64,000 bases of DNA from Eledone cirrhosa. Lineage: Eukaryota. The DNA is taken from positions 177,754,001-177,818,000 of the forward strand of contig OZ024740.1 in assembly GCA_964016885.1 (NCBI GenBank). The letters are read 5' to 3'. Numbering within the stretch: position 1 is the first letter of the stretch; each line of letters begins with the position of its first letter. The position numbers and the translations under genes are program-made. Shown one piece after another: positions 27,072 to 42,107 of this stretch. The notes below the pieces were generated by a model, which saw only the letters and a list, made by a program, of their open reading frames with translations, was not told the origin of the DNA and ran no database searches.

Positions 27072-30000
27072 CAGAGTAATTCGTGGTAGAGGGATGGTCA
27101 TTAGGAATGTGTCTGTAAGTGTGTGGGGGATATTTTAACATGTTAAAAGATATTTTTCAGCTCTTGTCTTATACGGAGAGGTGTGTGTGTGTGTGTGTGT
27201 GTGTGTTTGTGGACCAGTATTTTTGTGATACTGGTAAAATGGTGTACATTATTCGATATTTTCAGTAAAAACGATTCTCTCAATAGAACATCAAAAACCT
27301 TAATAATAAAAGGTGTGAAATGATATATAGTATTGGCAACATACCAAGGTGTGTGTGAGTGTCCAGATTGTACGTACTGCAAGGGGAATCCATTAGGCCT
27401 TGCTGTATTGGAATACTTGTGTACAAATATGTATGCGCCCATCAGTGTGCAATGCATGTGTGCGTTTATGTATGTGTGTGTGTCGGCACGTTTATATCTA
27501 TAGACATCAACAGGTATGCAAATTTGTGTATATTTGTGTTGCACCATAGAACGTGTGTTTACGTATTGTGTTTATATGTGGATAGAGATGTATACTGATG
27601 TAGGTATGTGTGTTGACGTGTGTATGTTGTGGGTTCGTCTTAGGGAGAAGTGTTTAGATGGGGTCCGTATTTGTTAATAAAGTGAGATTCCTTGTGGATG
27701 CGCTGGGTGTGGGTGGCATTATCTTTAAATTTGTAGAGAGGAAAGATTCTGAAGTTGGGATGATTTTGGGCGGCACAGGTATCAATGTGTTCACTCAGTG
27801 GTATTTTCCTGTATTCCCGTATTTTAATTTGGGATCTATGGACAGTCATGCGTTGGCGGAGGCTGTTTTTGGTCTGGCCTATGTATTGTTCTCGACAACC
27901 TGAGCAAGTTAATACATATATTAGATTTTCTGATGCGCATGTGAAATTGTGTTTTACTATAACACGTTGTCCTTCTTTGAAATAGAATTCCGAACCCTCT
28001 ATTAGGTTGATGCATATGCCACAGTTGGGTCTATCGCATTTTTTTTACTGTGGGTTTCGTTGTTGTGGTTGGCAGTACTGTGGCATGTGTTAGAATGTTT
28101 TTCATTGACTTAGATTGTCTTTTGCTCTTTATGATATCGTGTGTTCGTAGGATTTGGTTCATTCTATGGTCCTTTTTCCACACAGGGATGTTCTGGAGGA
28201 TGGTGTCAAAGGCCTCATTGTTGAGGGGGTTGTGTGTGGAGATGTATGGAAGAGCTTTTAGTTTCGGTTGATTTACTTTAGGGTGTCTAAGGTCCTGGGT
28301 ACTGAGTTTTAGGGCACGTTGGATTCCATTGTCAATTAATGATGCACGGTAGTCCTTGCCTATGAGTGTCCTTTAGTTCTTGTAGCCGTAAGTAGCAGGT
28401 GTTTTTATTGGAAACTATAGTACAGATTCTCTTGGCTAAGTTGTAGGGAATATTAATTTTAACGTGTCTAGGGTGGCAAAGAGTTGAAAGGAAGATATTG
28501 CTTGGAGTCTGTGGGCTTGTAGTATATGTCTGTTTCTATTTTTTTGTTATGGATCTTAATGAGGATGTCGAGGAAGGGGAGTTGTTGATGGCTGTATTCC
28601 ATCGTGAAGTTAATATTCGTGTTGAGCCCATTTATAAGGGTGTGAAATTCTTTAAGTTTCTCGATGTTTTCGTGCCAAAGGATGAAGAAGTCATCTAGAT
28701 ATCGCTTCCAGTTCCTTTCTATATGTAAGTGGAGAGTGTTTCCAAATTTGTTTAGGACTTTAGTGTAGAGGGTGATTTCCAGGTATCCCATGACTAGGTT
28801 GGCATAAGTGGGGGCTGTTTTCGTTCCCATAGCGGTCCCAGATTTCTGCCTGTAGGGTTTGTTTTTGAAAACGAATTAATTGTTGTCCAAGATAAATTTG
28901 AGTCCCTCTATCACGAATTCTTTTTTGATGCGTTGTGGGAGTTCATTGTGGTAATTATCCAGTCAGAATAGGATAGCTTCTATTCCTAGGTTGTGGGGGA
29001 TGTTGGAGTATAGGTTGACTACATCGAACGTCACTAGTAGGGTTTGTTCAGAAAGTGGCATATTAGGGAGGTGATTGAGCATATCTAGGTCGTCCCTTAT
29101 ATAGCTTTAGATGTGTTTGAGAAAAGGCTTGAGAAGGGTATCAATGAAGTTGCTAAGGCGGTGGGTTTCGCAAGCGGGGCCTGCTATTATAGGTCTTAAT
29201 TTGAGATCATTGGGTGAGGGGACATTGATGACTATGTCTGTGGCTTCCTTGCATGCCTTACTTATTAATTCGCTTTTATGTACTTTAGGGATACCGTAGA
29301 AAAGACTGGATTTACTTGTGAAGTCTGTGATGAAGCTGAATTCCTTGTTAGTGAGTCCTTCTTTGTATTGGTTGATCAGAGTTTTTAGGTTTCTCATAAT
29401 TTTCTGTTGATTGTAGTGTTCAGCCTTTTCGTAGTATGTTTCGTTTTCCAAAGTGGAGAGCGCTAAGTTGATATAGAATTCTGTCTCCATTAGGACTACT
29501 GTACTCCCTTTATCAGCCTCTTTAATTGTAATGGTTCTGTCGGTTTTTAATCTATTTAATTCTTCCCATTCTTTCTTATTGAGGTTTGGCTTGTGTTTTT
29601 GTCTGTGCAAGTGTTGGTAAGGGAAGTTTGTGATGTGTTCACAGAATTCGTCCAGCATTTTATTTCTACCTTTTGATGGGGTGTAATTGCTTCTATTTCT
29701 GGCTAATGATTCATCCTCATTGTACTGGTCCAATAGTTCTTCACTGAGTCGTAACTTTCTACAGAAGTCTGTGATGTCTTCCTTCATTTCATAGTAGTTA
29801 GGACGTAGTGGGGTCGGTGTGAATTTAAGACCTTTAGAGAGTAAGTTGATAAGGTTGGGTGTTGGTTCTGCCCTAGTTAGATTGATAATTTTTATTACTC
29901 TCGGTTTCTCCTCCCTGTCTTGTGTTATTTTGTTTGCCTGTATCTGTGTGCTGTGTCTAAAAAATGGTTGGGGTAGAGAGGTTGTCTGCTGATGTTAAGT

Positions 30001-30545
30001 GGTCTCCTGTGTTTGTTATATTCCTTGTTGTTGTAAAATGTGGTTCGGGTTCGTGGTTGTAGATTGAATGGGGTGTTCCTGTATTGCGAGTATGGATGTG
30101 TGTTTCTATGTGCCATGTTGGATTGTGGTGTTATAGGTGGCCTACGTTGTTGGTTGTATCGTGTGGTGTGGGTTTGTTGTGTATTGTGGAAGCGAGAGTT
30201 GAGAAAATGGAAATTACCTTGCTGTCCCCTTGAAGCAGGGAAGTTGTTACATCTATCATGGTGGTGGTATCTTTTCCCTATGTTTGACGATGAGGCATCC
30301 GCGTAGTAGTTGAGTGATTTGGTATGGTGTCTCCTTGAAGGGGGAAAGTTGTAAATGTCATTCTGGGGCAGATGATTTCTAGGGTTTTTGTTCCTTCTTA
30401 TGGGAGCCAGGTTGGGAAGTTCATCTTGGTGCTTCCTTCTTCGTTTGTTAGTGGCTGGGGGGTTTGCGAAGTTGTTGTGCGGTTCGGTTATGGGTTTTCC
30501 TATTTTTATGAACGGGTTATTGGGGGTGTAATCCGTTTGAAAATT
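26461..30545 (-). mobile_element. Penelope-like retroelement (Neptune-like), long disrupted copy
   Basis: RT plus GIY-YIG reading frame followed by a 1.2-kb 3' region shared with the 40231-43360 copy. The 5' end abuts a (TA)n-rich tract. Confidence 0.9.
27640..29890 (-). pseudogene. PLE polyprotein: N-terminal DKG region, RT, Cys finger, GIY-YIG endonuclease
   Basis: [79 protein letters not shown] and the GIY-YIG region. Contains stops and frameshifts. Confidence 0.9.
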
Positions 30546-30547
30546 CG

Positions 30548-31858
<1,311 letters not shown>

Positions 31859-31960
31859 TAAAATAACAGATTAAAGTTTAAGCAAAGAATCGCTGCTTTC
31901 ACCCTGTGAAACAGATGATCCCGTTAAGGGTGAAAGCAGATCCTCAGCTCGTAATATTTA

Positions 31961-31998
31961 CGAGCTGAGGATCCGCTAAGGTGAAACAATTGTTCTCG
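31961..31998 (+). ncRNA. Minimal type I hammerhead motif (family D)
   Basis: CGAG-CTGAGGA-T-CC(gctaa)GG-T-GAAA-CAATTG-TT-CTCG, with palindromic CAATTG. Its 5' part is mirrored in the hairpin 31939-31973, and a tail runs to (TA)n at about 32097. Confidence 0.7.
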
Positions 31999-32093
31999 GT
32001 ATGGTGAACTAACTGTTGTGTAACCATTTCTACCTAACTCCTTCCATGGACTGAGTGCTCTACCACTACGGATATTACCTTCCAGTGTTCTAA

Positions 32094-32123
<30 letters not shown>

Positions 32124-32132
<9 letters not shown>

Positions 32133-33137
32133 TAAAAAAATAATGAATAAAACAATGAAACAGTTCCTTATATTAAACAAAAAAAGTTCATTATTTAACG
32201 ATCGTTTCTAGGATATATATGTGTTAGAATTGGCATGCATATTCAACAGATCTATGTACAAAATTATACAAAATTATACAAACTATCAAAATTAAATATA
32301 CATACCAACACATATATAAGCCGTCTTCAGAAATAATGAAATATATTTATTGATAATAACAACAATTCAAAATTACAGGTCTGTTTGGGAACAGAGTTCA
32401 AATTGACCAATGAAAATACAAAAAGTTTATACAGTTAGGTGTGTGTATATATGCAATTAACTTCGTTTACAGATATGCATAAAGATATATGTTCACATGC
32501 ATACGCAGGCCAAAAAGATGTATGTAAATACAAAAATTCAAGGCTAATGTCTCTGTATGTTTATAATCTACAGATAAAATCCGTATACACATATAAATAT
32601 AAAAATAAATATATACGCACATTCATATACTCACACATATACGTACATTCACACGCACACGCACGCATACGCATAAACATACACACAACCAAGTGTATAA
32701 ACTTTTTGTATTTTCATTGGTCAATTTGAACTCTGTTCCCAAACAGACCTGTAATTTTGAATTGTTGTTATTATCAATAAATATATTTCATTATTTCTGA
32801 AGACCGCTTATATATGTGTTGGTATGTATATTTAATTTTGATAGTTTGTATAATTTTGTATAATTTTGTACATAGATCTGTTGAATATGCATGCCAATTC
32901 TAACACATATATATCCTAGAAACGATCGTTAAATAATGAACTTTTTTTGTTTAATATAAGGAACTGTTTCATTGTTTTATTCATTATTTTTTTAATATTT
33001 TATCTTGACTCTGTATTCCGTTTATCTTTCACCGAAAGTGATTTTTCATTGCATCTCTTCTTTCCATGATATCCGGATTACATTGAGTTCTTCATACGGA
33101 TTGGACACTACCGTAAACTCTTGGTAGATTTATCTAC
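32124..33137. mobile_element. Family E fold-back element: 310-bp inverted arms, spacer of about 260 bp, right tail of about 135 bp, in (TA)n
   Basis: 32124-32433 is the near-perfect reverse complement of 32694-33003. Confidence 0.9.
32787..32940 (+). ncRNA. Type I hammerhead motif with a very long stem II region (family E); mirror copy at 32187-32340 on the minus strand
   Basis: TTCATTATTT-CTGAAGA-[about 115 nt including tatatatgtgtt/aacacatatata]-GAAA-CGATCG-TT-AAATAATGAA. Perfect 10-bp stem I and palindromic CGATCG. Confidence 0.65.
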
Positions 33138-33157
33138 ATATATATATATATATATAT

Positions 33158-33340
33158 TTATTAAAATAGATTAAAGTTTAAGCAGAGAATCGCTGCTTTC
33201 ACTCTTAGCAGCGATTCTTTGCCTAAACTTTAATCTGTTATTTTAATAAATATTTGCTCTAGGGTTCTTATATATTTGATATATATTTATCCTTATCGAG
33301 CCCTCTTTGGATTTTAGTCTTCAAATTTATTATTATTACT
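33158..33340 (+). mobile_element. Mini family A fold-back (about 45-bp arms plus a 90-nt tail) in (TA)n
   Basis: ttattaaaat...gaatcgctgct / agcagcgattc...attttaataa, followed by the reverse complement of 31221-31310. Confidence 0.8.
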
Positions 33341-33434
33341 ATATATATATATATAGAGAGAGAGATATATGGGATTTTTTTCGTATGTATGTATATATAT
33401 ATAGAGAGAGAGAGGGGTTGGGGTAGAGAGAGAG

Positions 33435-33527
<93 letters not shown>

Positions 33528-33704
33528 AGTGTGTGTGTGTATGCATGTATGTATATATAAATATATATATATTCTAATTTTTCTTCTTTCCTAAAACTTA
33601 ATAAAATTATTCATAGGAAGACATGAGATTTCCATGTAGGAGGAGAAATGTAATGACAATGATAATGATTATACTACTACTAATAATAATAATAATATTA
33701 ATGG

Positions 33705-33905
33705 TTTCTACTATAGGCTCAAGGCCAGCAATTTTGGGGGATGGGAAGTCGATTAAATCGACCCCAGTGCGTTACTGGTATTTTATTTTATCGACCTTGT
33801 AGGGCAAAGCTAACCTCAGCGGGATTTGAACTCAGTACGTAAAGGGATATAACTATATACCACAAAGCATGTTGTCAGATGCTGTAGCGATACTGTCAAT
33901 CCACC
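33705..33905 (-). mobile_element. tRNA-derived SINE S1
   Basis: Same diagnostic motif as the other S1 copies and a (TAA)n-like tail on the left. Confidence 0.7.
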
Positions 33906-33928
33906 ACCCTCACTAGTATCAATAACGA

Positions 33929-35045
33929 TTTCTTTATTAGCCACACAGGGCTCACATTAAGAAAACCTTAATGATAACACAACGGCCCCGAACGATACAG
34001 TGTGGGTTTTTTTAACATGCAAAATATTTATAAGAAAACAAAGAAATCTGAAAAACATTCAAACAAAAATAACTTCCCCAATAGTGGGGAGACATCAGAT
34101 GGTCATTCGTTGAGAAATGCCATAAAACGCTATGGTCAAATTGACCGCTAGGTAATGTTTCGCTTTCGAATTGTTTTCGTTCAATATTCAGGCATATACA
34201 TTTGAGTCATGCTCACTGCTCTCACACCCCTTGTCAACAAATTGGGGAGGGGGGGGGATTCCCTTTCTAACCCTGATTTTTCTCTTCAACCTGAACAAGG
34301 TTAATCAGTCATGACTTCACTGCAGAGGAAAGTGCTTGTCATCAATTCTTTCAAACGCGTCCACCACACGATTTCTTTCGCAATGTCTCCAGACACCCAG
34401 GTATGTAAAACCTGCCTTTCCTTCCCTGTTAAAAGAAGGCAGCGGGATGATCTTCATGGTGGACTCAGCTGATAGCCGGATCCGTTCGACACGTAACAGC
34501 AGCTGTTTGACATAAAGTCACAAGTCACCAATACTCAAACACTTGATGAATGTGTGTAGGGTGGTTTTGTCACCCTGCGCACTTCTCGGTCAGGCTGACG
34601 GCACTTCTTCGCCTGTATAGTTTATCTCGACATGCCAGGGCAAATATTTCTGAATGTTATCTATGGGCTCTGGACCGAATATCCTCCGAAAAAGAAGAGT
34701 GACTAGTTGATTTTATCCGCCACTAACACTATAGAATGCCAGGGTTAAGTTTTCACCGTTTGGCAAAGAGCTATGAACATTTGAAGACGTTCCAAATTCC
34801 AAACTCCCTCTCTCGCTTGACCCAGGACTCCAGTTCTGTCAAGGAAACGAACTGAGGGAAACGCGTGTATTGATTGGTGACCACACATGATTCGCGAAAA
34901 GAAAATGCTTGAGATGTTGTAACCTCAGCATGACATGCCCAGTCCTCCACACAGCGGGTTTTGATAGGAAATGGACGCCAGATCATTGGCATACGTCCCT
35001 TCAACAAAAAAAGACGAAAGAACAAATGCTCTAATGCAGTCAGAT
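33929..35045 (-). pseudogene. Diverged Tx1-related 3' fragment
   Basis: FPQFVSLTELESWVKRE and the 3' end tttctttattagccac resemble the young Tx1 family. Heavily mutated. Confidence 0.7.
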
Positions 35046-35049
35046 CAGA

Positions 35050-35900
35050 AGCTGAATTGACAGGTAATTATAAGGAAAATGAACAGACAGAAGAAACAGG
35101 AACATAAATTGCGCAAAAAATAAAATCTAAATTGGAAACAGATCTTCAAAATGCTACACTAAAACGATGACAATAAAAAAAACCCTAGATGGTCAAACCT
35201 GAAAACATTAAATAGGAAGAAGTGGACAAAGAAAATTCACAAAACTGGTTAAGAAGAACTAACTGGACTAAAAACCGAGATTGAAGTATTTCTAATTGCA
35301 GCATAAGATCAACGCCTCATTTCAGAAGCCACTAAAAATACATAATGAAGAAAGTTACTGCAGTATATGTGGTGATGGAAAAGAAACAATAACCATATTA
35401 TATCTGGCTGCCGTTTTTTAGCGAAAAAATAATATGTCCACAGACATAATAGTGTTGGGATTTACATACATTGGAAGTTATACCAACACTACGAAATACC
35501 TATAGAAAAAAATATGGTATGAACATATACCAGAAAAGGTGTCAGAGAAAACAACCATGCTCTGGGATATGCCAATGCACACAGGCAGGTAAATCAAAGC
35601 CAATCGACCGGATATTATAGTCAAAGACAACAAAGAGAAAATTGTTGTATCTATCCTCACAGATCACAATATATCTCTCAAGGAAATTTCCAAATATAAA
35701 GATCTGGATTTTGAAATATCCCGAATATGGATGATAAAACAGAAACACTTCCCACATTAATAGGGAATAATAAAAACAGTACACACACAGACATATACAG
35801 TACATAACCCAAACTGTAGGACTTACAAATATATACAGCATAGAGAAAATAGCACTATTTGGCACTGCACACATATCACGAAATGTACACTTAATACATA
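35050..35900 (+). pseudogene. C-terminal fragment of an RLE-type non-LTR retrotransposon (R4/Dong-like)
   Basis: With frameshifts: CSICGDGKETI-HIISGC...YVHRHNSVGIYIHWKL...WYEHIPEKV...LWDMPMHT...IKANRPDIIVKD...KYKDL. This is a CCHC finger, RHN and the PD endonuclease motif. Confidence 0.75.
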
Positions 35901-35965
35901 AGAAATAAGGGTACTCTTAATATATAAGAAATAGCAACACCAAAAACAACACTGTTCATATCCAA

Positions 35966-36092
<127 letters not shown>

Positions 36093-36377
36093 AGACACAC
36101 ATGTATATACAGAAAATGGCAAGCGGAATTTGAAAATTAAATTAGATGTCGCCGTAACGTTGACTAAGTAAAACAGTCTAATAATAACGGGGTGTATAAG
36201 TCCACTAATCGGAAAACGATGGGCTTTAGCGGGCTTATACTCCTCGTTATTCTTTGACGATTTTATTTAGTCAAAATTACGGTAGATATTCTAACACACA
36301 TACACACAGAGACACACACACACACAGACCTGTATGGAAATCGAATCCAAAGACTATTCTAATATCTGTGTCAGGCA

Positions 36378-36670
36378 GGTGGTGTAGTCGTTAGAATATT
36401 CGGCACATTGTCATAAGGTTGAGCTTGATTTCTGGTGGCGTGTTGTGTTCTTGAGCAAGACCCTTTATTTGACTTTTCTCCAATCCACTCATCTGGAACA
36501 AATGAGTCATATCTATAATGCATAGGGCCTGCCTTGTCACACTGAACGACCCTAAAGCTACGCTATGCTGCACGAGTCTACGGAGGGCTCAGCCATATGC
36601 CCGTTGATTTCATGTGCAGATTGTTTTGTTGTTCGAACAACTGGAAGACGCATCGTCGACACCGACGAAG
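36378..36670 (+). mobile_element. Degenerate tRNA-derived SINE (S2-like)
   Basis: ggtgtagtcgttag A-box-like head and gtgttcttgagcaagacccttt body. Confidence 0.45.
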
Positions 36671-37616
36671 GATCAACACATATATTTATCTTCGCATAAA
36701 ACGTCAGACAAAATACCTAACGGTATTTAGATGTCCGGCTTTTATGTTCTGAGTTGAAATCCTGCATATGACTACTTTGATTAACATCTTTCTGAGGTTT
36801 AAAAAAACAAACTTGCCAGCCTCTAAAAACCCAAATAAAGAGTATCATAAAACGGGAAGAAATGAGGTAAAATGGGGATATTTTATAACATAATGAAAGC
36901 TATACCTATTTTCACAAGAGAAGACATCTCTCAACCACCCCAAAGTGGATGAGATATCTCCCCGTCGGACGGGGAGAGTTGACAGATCTGGTTAAAATGT
37001 AGTACTAGTGATGTATTAAAGTTGATTGAATTACATATCACCATTCTACACCCTAAAAGGGACGTATCTATATAAGATGTCAACTTTAACTTCCAATATG
37101 TCTATCAATATTACTTAATAATATGCGTCTCACACCTCATAGCTTCATAGCATCGTTCTGTTTAACAAGAGAATAACACTAGGTCTCTCTTCTTTATTTT
37201 TGTTATTACATTTTATTATTTATAACTCATTTACCTTTTCTTCCATTTTAAATCTCATATCCTATCTCCCAACATCATGTATATCTATAATTTTTTTCCC
37301 TACCCAATAATTCATTAAACTACAAACCCCATAGCTAGTCTTCCACCCCGATAACCTATTCACCTCTGCAATTATAACCTTACCTCCACACCCTCTATAC
37401 AGAGAGTAAACCTCCCCCTGTTTTTACATCTTACCGAAACAACAGGATAAAAACTAAAAGCTGTTATTAATATTACGTTTCTACATTTAGACACACAGAC
37501 ACACAGATACACGTTCACGCGCACACACACACACTCACACACTCATATACACGCACGCACTCTTACACATGCATATAAATGCTTGTGTATCTATATATAT
37601 ATATGTATATATATAC

Positions 37617-37703
<87 letters not shown>

Positions 37704-38054
37704 CGTGATATATATCCTTACATATATATGTATGTGTTTTGTGTGTGTATTAAATGTTTCTTCTATTTGCATTGAGATGACGAGGGTGGTTAACTGGTTG
37801 GATGGGTGGCCCATTAGTTGGTCTGTTGCTTGACGGGTGACTATAGGGACGTTGTAAGGTACATAGGGTCATGAAGGCTGACTAGTCGAGGAGGAGTCGG
37901 TGTTGCTGGGGGGTGATTCATGGTGGGCGTCGGGTGGGCCGTAAAGCTTCATTTTTACTTTTTTCTAAAATAACATGAAACAACCAGGTCTAATCTGCCC
38001 AAAGGCCTCTCTTCCTATCTCTTACCGAGTTTCTAACAATCTCTCTCTTAATGT

Positions 38055-38091
<37 letters not shown>

Positions 38092-38100
38092 AAAATATGC

Positions 38101-38359
<259 letters not shown>

Positions 38360-38497
38360 TGTACATACACACGCATACACACACACACGTATATAAATGT
38401 ATATACATATGTATATATATGTGTGTGTTTATGTATATATGTGATATATGTTTGTATGTGTGTATGTATATATACACACACACATATATATACATAC

Positions 38498-38558
<61 letters not shown>

Positions 38559-40176
38559 TATTTATAATTATATATGTAAGCGTATATACTTTCGTTATTG
38601 TGCGTATGTTAGTGTATAGCGTATAATTATATACATATATACTTACCAAATTATATGTGTGTATTTGCATATGTGTTCTGCTGTGTATATATGTGTTTCT
38701 TGCTTTCTCTATGTATGTGTGCGCGCACACCAGATACATAAACGTGCATAGAAAACCATGGGCACTCATAGACGCACACGTGCGTATTCGCTTACTTTTC
38801 CACGTGCGATAGGGCATTGGCATAGGGTGACCTCTTTTAGACATACATCAGCTCCTTGGGCGCTTAGAAACGCGAGTCCGCAACCTTAGATAGACACACT
38901 CAAACACATAAAAGTTGTAAGAATATAAACATTCAGACATAAACAAATATAGTTTAATCTATATAATTTATGTATGTAGATTGTTTGTTAACATCAGATG
39001 CGTATTTAGAAACACTGTTACTAATATAACCTTAGTGGTGAATAGGAAAAAAATCATTAGATTGCTGGATGGAATGTACTGCGATATTCGTTCAGTTTCT
39101 TTGCAGTCTCACTGGTATCAAATTTTGCTTCCATCATTTTAGATTTAGTAGAGTATCAGTTCCTGTAAATTATATTGACCAAGTTAGTTCTGTGCGAATT
39201 TGTATATGCGATAAATATCTATAAACCATCTCTCTGTGAATAGATGTGCATTCTTTCACCGACGAAGGTTTAAGAAGACTATAAAATGGTTGATTGACAC
39301 CTTTGTCTGCTCACCGAGAGATAAAACTATCAGAGGAAATAATTTGTTTAATTTCACAGCAACTCTGCAATGTTTGTTTAATTATTTTATTTCTATTTTT
39401 AATAAAATGCGTATCTTACTCATGACTTTCTTAGAAAATAGACGAAATTATTATAGAATATATATATAATATTGGGCTGCATTTTGAAAACCTTTTTATC
39501 TATCAGCTAAATATGTTTTATTAATAAAAAATATAAAAAATCGTAAACAAATCTATTTCAAATAACGACAACACTACAGATATATACGAAAAATGAAGGG
39601 AAATCAATGGCTCTAAGGCTACAGAAGAATGGAGGGGGAAGATGGAGGGTGATGGGCTCTAGGGCCAAGGGAGGCGGTGTTGGGGCTGTATTCATCAACA
39701 ACAAAAATGCATAGTGCCTTATTAATAAAAGATCCCAGTCACGATGAAAAATAAGGGTGATTATAGTAAGGACATATTAATAATTCCTTGATTACAACAT
39801 TCTATGTAAAGTTCTTTGAATACTCGAGTTTTCATTTATATTCCCCTCCCACCATTCCAGCCATCGTTGTATTTCATTTTTGAATCATTTGAAATCACAA
39901 TCATTTTATTCCATATCTTTGAAAACTAGTATCAAACATATATTCACAAAATTACGAGGACTTTGTTCTACCTACGTATCTGACTCTGTATATTCGAACT
40001 ACAATTGGAGTTTTTCTTGTCAAAAGATGGATATGTTGGTAAATATGCATAAATAGACTGTCAGACAGGCATTTAGGTTTGATGACTAGCAAATAGATAG
40101 ACGGATAGGTATATTATTAAATAGGTACATAATTAGATTGGCAGTTAGCTACCTGCATAGATAAATAGATAGGCAG

Positions 40177-40235
<59 letters not shown>

Positions 40236-40451
40236 TAAACGGAATAGAAAATGCTGACAAATTGTTCACAGTTGAAAAATGGTTTAATTAGGAATAAAAG
40301 AGTATTAGTGATTGTATGGGTTAGTATTCAGTTGTGGTTTTAAGTTTTTAAGTTTTTACCGGTTGCGCATTTCTAAATGCTTTTCAAAAATAATTTTGAG
40401 ATAGAGTGTCCGTGTTGTTTGCTCTGATCTGATTAGTTTTGGGAATTCTAC

Positions 40452-40782
40452 CTGTTTTTATGTTAAAAAAGTGGCTCCAATTTGCAAAAATTCTTGTGGT
40501 CAAAACAATTTTGATTGGTCGGTAGAGGTCATGTGAATGTAAAAAATTGATTTTGCGCCAAGACTGTTTTTATGTTAAAAAAGTGGCTCCAATTTGCAAA
40601 AATTCTTGTGGTCAAAACAATTTTGATTGGTCGGTAGAGGTCATGTGAATGTAAAAAATTGATTTTGCGCCAAGACTGTTTTTATGTTAAAAAAGTGGCT
40701 CCAGCAAAAATTCTTGTGGTCAAAACAATTTTGATTGGTCGGTAGAGGTCATGTAAATAAAAAATTGGTTTTGCGCCAAGAT
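40452..40782. repeat. Triplication of a unit of about 110 bp in the PLE 3' region
   Basis: ctgtttttatgttaaaaaagtggctcca...ttttgcgccaaga occurs three times here and once in the other copy. Confidence 0.9.
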
Positions 40783-40806
40783 TGAGAAATGACTCTTTCA
40801 CAACAA

Positions 40807-40852
<46 letters not shown>

Positions 40853-40936
40853 TAGTAGTAGTAGTAGTAGTAGTTAGGTGTTCGATTTTGTGATAATGGT
40901 TAGCAGCGATGTGTGTCAAATGGCTATTAAGATAAG

Positions 40937-41026
<90 letters not shown>

Positions 41027-41375
41027 GCAGAGTAATTCGTGGTGGCAGGGATGGTCAGTAAGAATGTGTCTGAAAGCAATGGGGGTTATTTTAGCATGTC
41101 AAAAGATATTTTTCAGCTTTTGTCTTATACGGAGAAGTGCGTGTGTGTGTGATGTGTATATATAAGTCTCTTTGTATGTTGATGTACGCGTGTGTATGTG
41201 TGTGTGTATATATGTGTGTGTGTGTGGGTGGACCAGTATTTTTCCCCCCTGGTAAAATGGTGTACATTATTCGATTTTTTCAGTAAAATCGGTTCTCTTA
41301 ATAGAACATCAAAGATCTTAACAATAAAAGGTGTGAAATGATATTCACTATATATATATACACACACACATATAT

Positions 41376-41420
<45 letters not shown>

Positions 41421-41567
41421 ATATACACACATATATATATGCACATATATCTTTTTGTGTTGCACCATAGAGCATGTGTGTTTACGTATGTCATTGTGTT
41501 TATATGTGGGTAGAGATGTGTGCTGATGTAGGTATGTATGTTGACGTGTGTATGTTGTGGGTTCGTC

Positions 41568-42107
41568 TTAGGGAGAAGTGTTTAGACGGGGTCCGTATTT
41601 GTTAATGAAGTAAGATTCCTTGCTGATGCGCTGGGTGTGGGTGGCATTATCTTTAAATTTGTAGAGGGGAAAGATTCTGAAGTTGGGATGATTTTGGGCG
41701 GCACAGGTATCAATGTGTTCACTCAGTGGTATTTTCCTGTATTCCCGTATTTTGATTTGGGATCTATGGACAGTCATGCGTTGGCGGAGGCTGTTTTTGA
41801 TCTGGCCTATGTATTGTTCTCGACAACCTGAACAAGTTAATACATATATTAGATTTTCCGATGCACATGTGAAATTGTGTTTTACTATAAAACGTTGTCC
41901 ATCTTTGAAATAGAATTCCGAACCCTCTATTAGGTTGATGCAAATGCCACAGTTGGGTCTATCGCATTTTTTTACTGTGGGTTTCGTTGTTGTGGTTGGC
42001 AGTACTTTGGCATGTGTTAAGATGTTTTTCATTGACTTGGATTGTCTTTTGCTCTTTATGATATCGTGTGTTCGTAGAATTTGGTTCATTCTATGGTCCT
42101 TTTTCAA
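41568..42107 (-). pseudogene. GIY-YIG endonuclease domain of the PLE with a preceding CxxxxCxxC finger
   Basis: KKCDRPNCGICINL...NFTCASENLIYVLTCSGCREQYIGQIKNSLRQRMTVHR...ESYFINKY...LN. The upstream frame is broken. Confidence 0.9.

Noticed and set aside
40452-40782. Regular repeats as a CRISPR-like array
   Set aside because: Plain tandem units with no unique spacers, in a eukaryotic context.
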